64,000 bases of DNA from an uncultured Mycoplasmatota bacterium. GTDB lineage: Bacteria; Bacillota_I; Bacilli_A; RF39; UBA660. The position numbers and the translations under genes were made by a program. Shown one piece after another: positions 1 through 7,289 of the stretch; within the stretch, counting starts at the first letter, position 1; each line of letters opens with the position of its first letter. The notes below the pieces were generated by a model. It had not been told where the DNA came from. It worked only from the letters and a program-made list of their open reading frames with translations, and made no database searches. The stretch lies in the NCBI GenBank assembly GCA_900545005.1, contig UQXO01000004.1, positions 13,661 to 77,660 of the forward strand, written 5' to 3'.

Positions 1-1
1 T

Positions 2-916
2 ATTGGTTTAGCTAGAATTGCTGTTAAAAAAGATAATAAAAAAGAAGCATTAACGTATTTAGAACAAGTAAATCCTACGACTATTAGCGATTATGAACAA
101 CTAGAAATGGTCTATTCTTGTATTTATTTTCAAGAGGGGTTACTCGATGAGGCTCTAAATTTTTTAGAAACTAATGTTCATAGTAGAATTGATTATATTA
201 AGTATCGTTCTTTAGCAAAATCAGGGATTATTTATGCTCTTAAAGATAATCATAAGACTTCTTTAGAGTATCTAAAAGATTCTTATGATCCTTATGATAA
301 TATTGCTCTAGGAGCCCTTTATCTTAAGACTAAAGAGTATGATAAAGCTTGTAATAGTTATTTTTTAGCAGCAAGAATAGATCAAAATTATTTAGTTAAA
401 GCTTTAGAGTGTGCTATGTATTTTGATGAGGTATTAGCGATTAAGATAGTTAATAATCTTTTAGATACTAGTGTTCCTAAAGAAAAGTATTTCTCTATTA
501 TTTTGTATTTAAGTAAGAAATATAATATCTTCTTTACTGGTGTTAGTTATGAAGCCTTAAACTCTTATAATGAGGCTTTAATTAGTCCAAGTTTAGAAAA
601 AGCTTTAGAAAATTTAAAAATAAGTAATAAGTTAAATCCAAATCTAGGGATTGCTACAATACTCATAGAAAGTACAGTTAAGATATTATTAAATACTAAT
701 GAAGTAAAAGCAACTAAAATAGACGGACCCATCACAGATAAATATTATCTTTATCTTCCTTTTATCGGGTGGAATCTAGAAGATTATTTAGTTGTAGAGA
801 CTCTTAAAAATACTAAAGAAGTAGTAAGAATTGATTTAGCTAAAGAATGTTTTTCTGAAGTTAAGACAAGTATGATTTTAAAGAAAGATAAGAATATTTC
901 CAAAATATTTAAGTAG
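2..916 (+). CDS. TPR-like helical repeat protein; the 5' end lies outside the window
   Basis: The frame is open from position 2 through the listed ATG at 107 (IGLARIAVKKDNKKEALTYLEQV...). The C-terminal half is paralogous to the next ORF (ALECAMYFD...LSKKYNIFFTG versus ALKCAMHLD...LSKKYNIFFPG). Confidence 0.6.
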   Translation: MGLARIAVKKDNKKEALTYLEQVNPTTISDYEQLEMVYSCIYFQEGLLDEALNFLETNVHSRIDYIKYRSLAKSGIIYALKDNHKTSLEYLKDSYDPYDNIALGALYLKTKEYDKACNSYFLAARIDQNYLVKALECAMYFDEVLAIKIVNNLLDTSVPKEKYFSIILYLSKKYNIFFTGVSYEALNSYNEALISPSLEKALENLKISNKLNPNLGIATILIESTVKILLNTNEVKATKIDGPITDKYYLYLPFIGWNLEDYLVVETLKNTKEVVRIDLAKECFSEVKTSMILKKDKNISKIFK

Positions 917-925
917 GTGAACATT

Positions 926-2311
926 ATGAAAAATGAAAAATTAAGATTAGCCAGGGATTATTATTTTAATCATCAGTATCAAGAAGCTCTTAAAGAGTTT
1001 TTATATTGGTATCAAAAAGAAGAGGGTATTACTAAGATTGAAGCAGCTTTTTTTATTGGGAAAATTTATAGTATTTTAGATTATCCTTTAGAAGTTATAA
1101 ATACTTATTATAATATTGTTTTAGAAAGTAAGATTCCTTTATATACAGCTAGGGTTTATACGGAAGAAGGGTTTTATTATCGGAAGAGGGGAGAGTTTAA
1201 AGAAATGGCTAGACTATATGAGAAGGCTATTCATATTAATCCCTATGATATTAAAGCTTTAACGGAGTTAGCACTTTATCATTTAACTAGTGGAAATTTA
1301 GAAAAAGCCGAAGAGTTATATGAGAATATCTTATTCGTTAATAGAAAAACTTATGTTTTTGATAAGAAAGTTCGGAATGATAATATAGCCTTCATAGGAC
1401 TTGCAATGATTATGATTAAGAAAAATGATTTAGCTAAAGCTAAAGAGTATTTAAGACAAGTAATAGAGCTTAATCCTAAAGATAAAGAGACTTTAAATAA
1501 GTGTTATGCTAATATAGCTTTCTTAGAAGAGGATTATAATAAAGCTTTAATATTCTTAAGGAATAATACTTTAAGTAAGAATAATAAAGTAAGAATAGAG
1601 TCTTTAGAGAAGATGGGGATAATCTATGCTATTAAGGGTGATTTTGAAGAAGCTATTAAGACTTTAGAAGTAGTTAGTATTGGGACTAATAAAAATCATT
1701 ATGCTAATTATATCTTAGGATATATATATTATAAAGAACACGATTATCTTAAAGGATATAAGGCTAATATGATAGCTAGTAGGGAGTATCCTAAGTGTTT
1801 AATATATGCTTTAAAGTGTGCAATGCATCTAGATATGAATCTTACTCTTAAGACTGCTAATTTAGTAGTAGAAAATAGTGTTCTAGTAGCTAAGTATCGT
1901 CCTTATCTTATATATCTAAGTAAAAAGTATAATATTTTCTTTCCCGGATTAGATTATAATAATCTAATGAATAAAGAGATTCAATTATGTAAATATTCTT
2001 TAGAAGATTTAAGAAGAGATACTATAGATACTTGTGAATTAAATAATAATATATCTATAGATGAGCTAATTAACTATACTATTCCTAGTCTTATAGAAGA
2101 TATGCCTCCTTATAGAAATGAATACTGTGATACTTATATAATTTATTCTAAAGATATAGGAGTAAATGGTAAAGATTATATAATAGTTACTACTTATAAA
2201 GATTCTAAAGAGATAATTGATATTAAATTAAGTACTAAGACTTCTCTAGATTACTATGAATCTTCTCATTCTCTTAGATATAAACCTTTAATTAGAAATT
2301 TATTTATATAA
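926..2311 (+). CDS. TPR repeat protein, tandem paralog of the upstream ORF
   Basis: Repeated A/Y/L-rich 34-aa-like helical units are present (EKAIHINPYDIKALTELALYHLTSGNLEKAEELYE; AKAKEYLRQVIELNPKD). The track start at 917 is GTG. The ATG at 926 is preceded by AGGTGA at 915-920, so 926 is preferred. Confidence 0.6.
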   Translation: MKNEKLRLARDYYFNHQYQEALKEFLYWYQKEEGITKIEAAFFIGKIYSILDYPLEVINTYYNIVLESKIPLYTARVYTEEGFYYRKRGEFKEMARLYEKAIHINPYDIKALTELALYHLTSGNLEKAEELYENILFVNRKTYVFDKKVRNDNIAFIGLAMIMIKKNDLAKAKEYLRQVIELNPKDKETLNKCYANIAFLEEDYNKALIFLRNNTLSKNNKVRIESLEKMGIIYAIKGDFEEAIKTLEVVSIGTNKNHYANYILGYIYYKEHDYLKGYKANMIASREYPKCLIYALKCAMHLDMNLTLKTANLVVENSVLVAKYRPYLIYLSKKYNIFFPGLDYNNLMNKEIQLCKYSLEDLRRDTIDTCELNNNISIDELINYTIPSLIEDMPPYRNEYCDTYIIYSKDIGVNGKDYIIVTTYKDSKEIIDIKLSTKTSLDYYESSHSLRYKPLIRNLFI

Positions 2312-2317
2312 GAATGA

Positions 2318-2353
2318 CTTCTTTAGAATAGTATATTCTTTAGAAGTTTTTTT
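2318..2353 (+). terminator. Rho-independent terminator after the TPR pair
   Basis: A 29-nt hairpin, cttctttagaatagtatattctttagaag (two stems separated by a 2x2 mismatch), is followed by T7. Confidence 0.6.
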
Positions 2354-2411
2354 CTCTTATGTATAAATTCTTTAGATATGGATATATTAGTTTAAAAGTA
2401 TTATCTTTTCA

Positions 2412-2693
2412 TAGAGTATGCAACTCTATGAAAGCTAATTTTCGGATATTATTTTTACCTTATATCTAAATGATATCATATCTTTAAGTCTTTTTAAAGG
2501 ATATATTTAAAGAGAAATTATTTTTTTATAGTCAAAATTATAGTCAAGTTAAATCTTCTTAATCATAGGTGAATACTAAGTTTGTAAAGAGTTATTCTAA
2601 TCAGAATAATAAATCTATTCTAGTCAAAATTATAGTCAAAATAAGGCTTAAGTCCAGTATTCACCTACATATTTCATAGAGTTGCATACTCTA
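2412..2693. repeat. Nested inverted repeats flanking ~240 bp upstream of the surface protein gene
   Basis: The outer IR is a 22/22 match: tagagtatgcaactctatgaaa (2412-2433) against tttcatagagttgcatactcta (2672-2693). The inner IR is 12/12: taggtgaatact (2566-2577) against agtattcaccta (2656-2667). A palindrome ttattct-aatc-agaataa sits at 2592-2609. Confidence 0.8.
2529..2639 (+). promoter_or_regulatory. Two copies of a 19-bp direct repeat, each carrying 2x TAGTCAA; candidate transcription-factor binding sites
   Basis: tagtcaaaattatagtcaa occurs at 2529-2547 and again at 2621-2639. The TAGTCAA half-sites within each copy are spaced 12 bp apart. Confidence 0.45.
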
Positions 2694-2768
2694 GGAATAC
2701 AAAATTAGGGATATGTATATTATTTTTAATCTTGGCTAGGCTATAAGCATCGCAAATTATAGCTAGAA

Positions 2769-4424
2769 ATGGGTTATATTAATATGAAGAAATTTAATAA
2801 AGATAAGTATTTAATGAAATTAAAATTTAAGAAGTATAAGAGATACTTATATATAGGAATACCTTGTCTCTTAGTATTATTAGCAGGAATATATTTTGCT
2901 TATTCAAAGTTTAGTGTCTTTAAAGAGGAAGAAGTAGTAAGAACTACGGTAGGAGATTTTATCTCTGGAGATATAGTTATTACCCCTTATATAGATGGAG
3001 AATACTCTAAGACTATACCTGGTAAGAATGATGGTTATGTAGTAGAAAAAATAGTTTGTGATAATGATGCTTCTGCTAGTTGGGATAATGATTCTTGGGG
3101 AATAATGGTTACTAACTTAACTAAGAGAACAAAGTGCAATGTGTATTTTAAGAAGTACAATCCTGTTGATAAAGTTATTGCTCAATTGGATACAAGCGGT
3201 AAGTGTCCAACTATCAATAGTGATGGGACAGTTAATGTTACTAAAGAAGAGACAACAGATGGTTATGTTTGTAGTGCTCCGGATGCTTATGGAACTAGTT
3301 ATTATTATAGGGGCAATGTTACTAATAACTATGTAAAGTTTGCTGATAAGTATTGGCGTATTATCCGTATTAATGGCGATGGTACAGTTCGTGTAATCTA
3401 TGATGGAACCTCTGCTCATGCTAATGGTAAAAGTAGTACGGATAGACAAATCGGCACTTCCGCATTTAATAATTATTGGAAGAAAGATAATGTCCAAGAA
3501 GCTACTAATTCACTTGTTTATTATGATAATGCTGGTGTTGGCTATATGTATGGTAATCGTGATGCGATAGTAGAAGCTACTGAGTATTATTCAACAATTG
3601 GTTTTACAAATACAAATAATTATTTTATAGCTAAAGAGTATACATATGATGCGACAACTGACAGATTTACTTTAAAAGATCCGATTTCCGTATCAGCTTG
3701 GACGATGACCTCAGACTATGTCGGCTATTATACTTTTGGTAGTCCAGTTGATATAACTTATAATTCGTATGTATATAAAATATTGGGGGTAACAGCAGGT
3801 GATTCAAGTACTTCCGTAAAATATGGTTATGTTAGGTATGGAACATCCAGTAAAGAAGTAGCCCAGACTAATACCAATGATTCAACCATAAAAACTTACT
3901 TAGATAATTGGTATAAAACCAATATTTCTGGTACGGAAAATGAACAATATTTAGCAGATAATATATTCTGTAATGATCGCAGTTTTGCATCTAATAATTC
4001 TGGAACTGGAACTGAAGCGGGAGTAAGTAAAACATATTACAATTGGTATAATTGGCATGCATCAAAGTCTAATTTAAAATGTCAACAAAAAAATGATGCT
4101 TTTACGGTAAGCGATACTACTAATGGAAATGGGGATTTGACTTATCCAATTGGTTTAATAACGACTGATGAGACTGTACTAGCTGGTGGATGGGATGCTG
4201 ACAATAAGGGTTATTACCTATATTCGGGGTCATGGTATTGGTCTTCCTCGCCGTACAGTTTTAACGGCGGCTACGCTGTCGTAGAGTTCGTGGGTTCGAG
4301 TGGTAGCGCTCACAACAACCGCTACAACGTGAACTACGCCGGCGGGGTAAGACCTGTCTTAAATTTATCAGCAGAAGTATTAAATAACGGTGATGGAAGT
4401 ATGAATAATCCTTACTGTCCGTGA
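2769..4424 (+). CDS. Membrane-anchored extracellular protein with a C-terminal DUF1566/C-type-lectin-like domain; paralog of 53909..55507
   Basis: The N-terminus has a basic stretch followed by a TM helix (YLYIGIPCLLVLLAGIYFAY). The C-terminus reads GSWYWSSSPY...AGGVRPVLNL...GDGSMNNPY, matching the YWSS...VRPV pattern of Lcl/DUF1566-type lectin folds. An alternative start is the ATG at 2784. Confidence 0.65.
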   Translation: MGYINMKKFNKDKYLMKLKFKKYKRYLYIGIPCLLVLLAGIYFAYSKFSVFKEEEVVRTTVGDFISGDIVITPYIDGEYSKTIPGKNDGYVVEKIVCDNDASASWDNDSWGIMVTNLTKRTKCNVYFKKYNPVDKVIAQLDTSGKCPTINSDGTVNVTKEETTDGYVCSAPDAYGTSYYYRGNVTNNYVKFADKYWRIIRINGDGTVRVIYDGTSAHANGKSSTDRQIGTSAFNNYWKKDNVQEATNSLVYYDNAGVGYMYGNRDAIVEATEYYSTIGFTNTNNYFIAKEYTYDATTDRFTLKDPISVSAWTMTSDYVGYYTFGSPVDITYNSYVYKILGVTAGDSSTSVKYGYVRYGTSSKEVAQTNTNDSTIKTYLDNWYKTNISGTENEQYLADNIFCNDRSFASNNSGTGTEAGVSKTYYNWYNWHASKSNLKCQQKNDAFTVSDTTNGNGDLTYPIGLITTDETVLAGGWDADNKGYYLYSGSWYWSSSPYSFNGGYAVVEFVGSSGSAHNNRYNVNYAGGVRPVLNLSAEVLNNGDGSMNNPYCP

Positions 4425-4477
4425 AAATTTAGTAGAGAAATAGAGACCTCATCAAGATCTCTTTGCTAAGTATATTA

Positions 4478-4518
4478 AAAGACTGTTGTGAATTTATAAA
4501 CATTCACAGCAGTCTTTT
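4478..4518. terminator. Bidirectional terminator between convergent genes
   Basis: aaagactgttgtgaat / attcacagcagtcttt forms a ~16-bp stem with an A-run before it and a T-run after it. Confidence 0.75.
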
Positions 4519-4522
4519 CTTG

Positions 4523-5467
4523 TTATAGAGCAGTTATCTTCTCTGTATTTTTAAAATTCCATTTAACATAATGTTTTAGATATTCTGGGCCTTTTTCCTC
4601 TAAGATTTTCTTAGCTAGAGCATCTACACCGGAATTAGCTCCTAGTAAAACTTTAGTACCTAATTCTTCACTCATCTTCTTCATAGCTTTTAAAAAGACA
4701 TAACGACAGATGATAGAGGCAGCTGCTACTGATAAGACTTGGTCTTCAGCCTTCGTCATAAAAGTAACATTAGTAATCTTTTCCGGTGCTTTGCTTATAT
4801 GTTCATAAAACTTCTTGGGATAAACAAATTGATCAATAACAATCGCATCATAAGAATAATTATCTTTCTTTATAAGAGTAGTTAAAACCTTATTATGTAA
4901 AATAGCCTTAATCTTATTCATATTCTTATCTTCTTCTGGTAACTTATTATAAGTATCATTATCTAGGATATAAGTAACATAAGGAATTCTCTTAATAATA
5001 AGAGGAGCAATTTCCATAATCTTATCATCTGTTAACTTCTTACTATCTCTGACCCCTAAATCCGTTAGAAAACTAATATTTTCCTTAGATACATAAGTAG
5101 CACTGACAACAATGGGACCAAAATAATCACCAGTACCAACTTCATCAGAACCAATTGTCGCCATATTATAATATTTCTTTGTCGGAATATTATCTTTATT
5201 CTTCGTTTTTTCTTTACCGGTAGTATCAATGTACCGATTATTTTTAATCCGTTCTTGTTCAATCCATAAAGATGCCTCAATATCGGCACTTATTCCTTGA
5301 AACATAATTTTACCAGACTCATAAAGAGTAACCGTTGTATCATAATTTTTAACCTGGAATACTGCATAGGGTGGTGTTTTCATCGGCATATACTTTTCAT
5401 AATACTTTGTCACAACCGGAATTAGATTAGAACTTAACTTAAAACAAATAGTCATATTAAACCTCAC
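4523..5467 (-). CDS. rnhC: Ribonuclease HIII
   Basis: The N-terminal domain carries TVTLYESGKIMFQG. The catalytic region carries GSDEVGTGDYFGP. At 314 aa, the length is typical of RNase HIII. Confidence 0.85.
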   Translation of the reverse strand: MRFNMTICFKLSSNLIPVVTKYYEKYMPMKTPPYAVFQVKNYDTTVTLYESGKIMFQGISADIEASLWIEQERIKNNRYIDTTGKEKTKNKDNIPTKKYYNMATIGSDEVGTGDYFGPIVVSATYVSKENISFLTDLGVRDSKKLTDDKIMEIAPLIIKRIPYVTYILDNDTYNKLPEEDKNMNKIKAILHNKVLTTLIKKDNYSYDAIVIDQFVYPKKFYEHISKAPEKITNVTFMTKAEDQVLSVAAASIICRYVFLKAMKKMSEELGTKVLLGANSGVDALAKKILEEKGPEYLKHYVKWNFKNTEKITAL

Positions 5468-5543
5468 TTACTAAAAAAATTTTAGCATATTTATCTTTCT
5501 TTTTCAAATTAATTAGTATATACTTAAAGTAGGAAGTGATTTT

Positions 5544-6257
5544 ATGATAAGTATAGTAGATAGTATCATTTTAATTCTCTTATTATTTGGAGCCATAATT
5601 GGTTTTAAGACGGGGGTTATTAAAAGTGCTGTCTCATTTTTAGGAACTATTTTAATTATTTATTTAGCATTTGTCTTAAAGAATCCTATCTCCGAATTTA
5701 TGTATCTACATTTACCATTTTTTAATTTTTCGGGAGACTTAGCAGGCGTTACTGTCCTTAATATTCTTATTTATGAAGGACTTGCTTTTCTTATTTGTTT
5801 TGCTATCTTAGAAATATTATTAAAAGTTGTAGTTTTTGCGAGTGGAATATTAGAAAAAATCTTAAGACTAACTATTGTCTTTGGACTATTCTCCAAGATT
5901 CTAGGGCTTATCTTTGGCTTTATAGAATATTATTGTATTATTTTTACTGGTTTATTTCTAATCTCTATTTTTAATCCTTCTACTACTGTTATTAAGGATT
6001 CTAAATTAGCTAGTAGTATTTTAAATAATACGCCGGTTTTAAAGAGCACTTTTGCGGGTCCTAAAGCTGCGATTGATGAGATTCTTGAACTTCAAAATAC
6101 TTATAAAGATGATAAGACAGGATATAACGAAGCCGCTTTTAGTATTCTAATTAAATATAATATTATTACTAAAAATCAAGCTGAAAAATTAATAAATACA
6201 AAAAAGATTGATATTAAAAATCCCTATGCTATAATAGGAAGTACCAAGGAGAATTAA
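5544..6257 (+). CDS. cvpA: CvpA family membrane protein
   Basis: The N-terminus ISIVDSIILILLLFGAIIGFKTGVIKS and the multiple TM helices fit CvpA. It is divergent from rnhC, as the rnhC-yshB pair is in Bacillus. Confidence 0.7.
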   Translation: MISIVDSIILILLLFGAIIGFKTGVIKSAVSFLGTILIIYLAFVLKNPISEFMYLHLPFFNFSGDLAGVTVLNILIYEGLAFLICFAILEILLKVVVFASGILEKILRLTIVFGLFSKILGLIFGFIEYYCIIFTGLFLISIFNPSTTVIKDSKLASSILNNTPVLKSTFAGPKAAIDEILELQNTYKDDKTGYNEAAFSILIKYNIITKNQAEKLINTKKIDIKNPYAIIGSTKEN

Positions 6258-6258
6258 A

Positions 6259-6543
6259 ATGATTAAGTATTTAGAAGACAATGATTTAGATAGTAAATTA
6301 AAAGATAAAAAAATTTTAGTAGACTTTTATGCTGATTGGTGTGGACCTTGTAAGATGTTAGGAACCATTCTAGAAGAAATGGACTTTCCTATCTTAAAGA
6401 TTAATGTCGATAAGTTTCCTGAGCTGGCTCGGCAATTTGGGGTTATGTCTATTCCCACCATTATTCTTTTTGATAATGGTAAGGAAATTAAGAAAAATAT
6501 TGGTTTCTTAAGTAAAAATGAATTAGAAGAGTTCTTAAAATGA
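6259..6543 (+). CDS. trxA: Thioredoxin
   Basis: The WCGPCK active site is present. The protein is 94 aa. Confidence 0.9.
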   Translation: MIKYLEDNDLDSKLKDKKILVDFYADWCGPCKMLGTILEEMDFPILKINVDKFPELARQFGVMSIPTIILFDNGKEIKKNIGFLSKNELEEFLK

Positions 6544-6544
6544 A

Positions 6545-6588
6545 AAGTTCTTATAAGTCTATTTATAAAGACTAAAGAACTTTTTTTC
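6545..6588 (+). terminator. Terminator after trxA
   Basis: A long hairpin, aagttctt...aagaactt with inner agtct/agact pairing, is followed by T7. Confidence 0.65.
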
Positions 6589-6962
6589 TATAATAAACCC
6601 TTTTAAAAATAATCAAACCTTCTTAAATACTTTAAGTCATATTTTTTATAAAAAAGCCGTACATGACTCTCAATTTGGCATCTTGAAAAAAAATTTTAAA
6701 AATTATAAAAAAAACCTAGACAAAAGAAAAAAGCAATGTTATTATCTAAACGTGTGTCTGGAGGAATGCATTAAAATACAATGACTATATTAATAACAAC
6801 TATATATACTTTGGATGTAATTTAAGATGATAAATAGATGGATAAGAGACTTTAAATTTTAAAAGAATAATTAATGCCGGTAGAACTATCAGAATAAATT
6901 CTAGGAAAAAAATCATCCAGGGGATGATTAAAATTAAACCTCTATAGGACATCTAAGTTTTA

Positions 6963-7238
6963 CTACCTAAATAATCTACCGTACTTATTTTTATATAGAA
7001 GAAGATTATCTTTAATTTTCCTGAAATTCTCGGGACTAAAATTATCTTTATACTTATCAAGGATACTAATATCTTGGTTTTTTAGAAGACTATACCAGTT
7101 TGATCTTAAGAAACTTAAAATAAACTGGGCTTCCTCATTCGAAAGATTAATATTACTCTTACTAGCAAAAGTAAAAATATCATTTAAAGATAACTTATTT
7201 ATGGTACTCTCTACTAAATTATACAAAATATCACCCAC
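6963..7238 (-). CDS. DUF2624 (YqfT-like) small protein
   Basis: The pattern ...LSLNDIFTFASKSNINLSNEEAQFILSFLRSN... resembles the YqfT family. A hairpin aatcatcc-cct-ggatgatt plus T7 lies downstream on the minus strand (6905-6933). Confidence 0.5.
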   Translation of the reverse strand: MGDILYNLVESTINKLSLNDIFTFASKSNINLSNEEAQFILSFLRSNWYSLLKNQDISILDKYKDNFSPENFRKIKDNLLLYKNKYGRLFR

Positions 7239-7289
7239 TTAATTGTATGAATTAAAAAGAATTTGTAATACTAAATAATGGTGGATTTT

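Noticed and set aside
3117-3497. A 126-aa minus-strand ORF and a 65-aa plus-strand ORF (3139..3336) inside the surface protein gene.
   Set aside because: These are shadow ORFs with I/L/S-rich low-complexity translations and no SD. They exist only because the local GC rise removes stop codons. The frame at 2769..4424 has clear domain motifs.
4291-4301. tRNA T-arm-like strings: ggttcgagt here, and gttcgaatcc on the minus strand at 53931-53940.
   Set aside because: No acceptor, D or anticodon stems can be built around either string. Both lie inside coding frames with good protein motifs.
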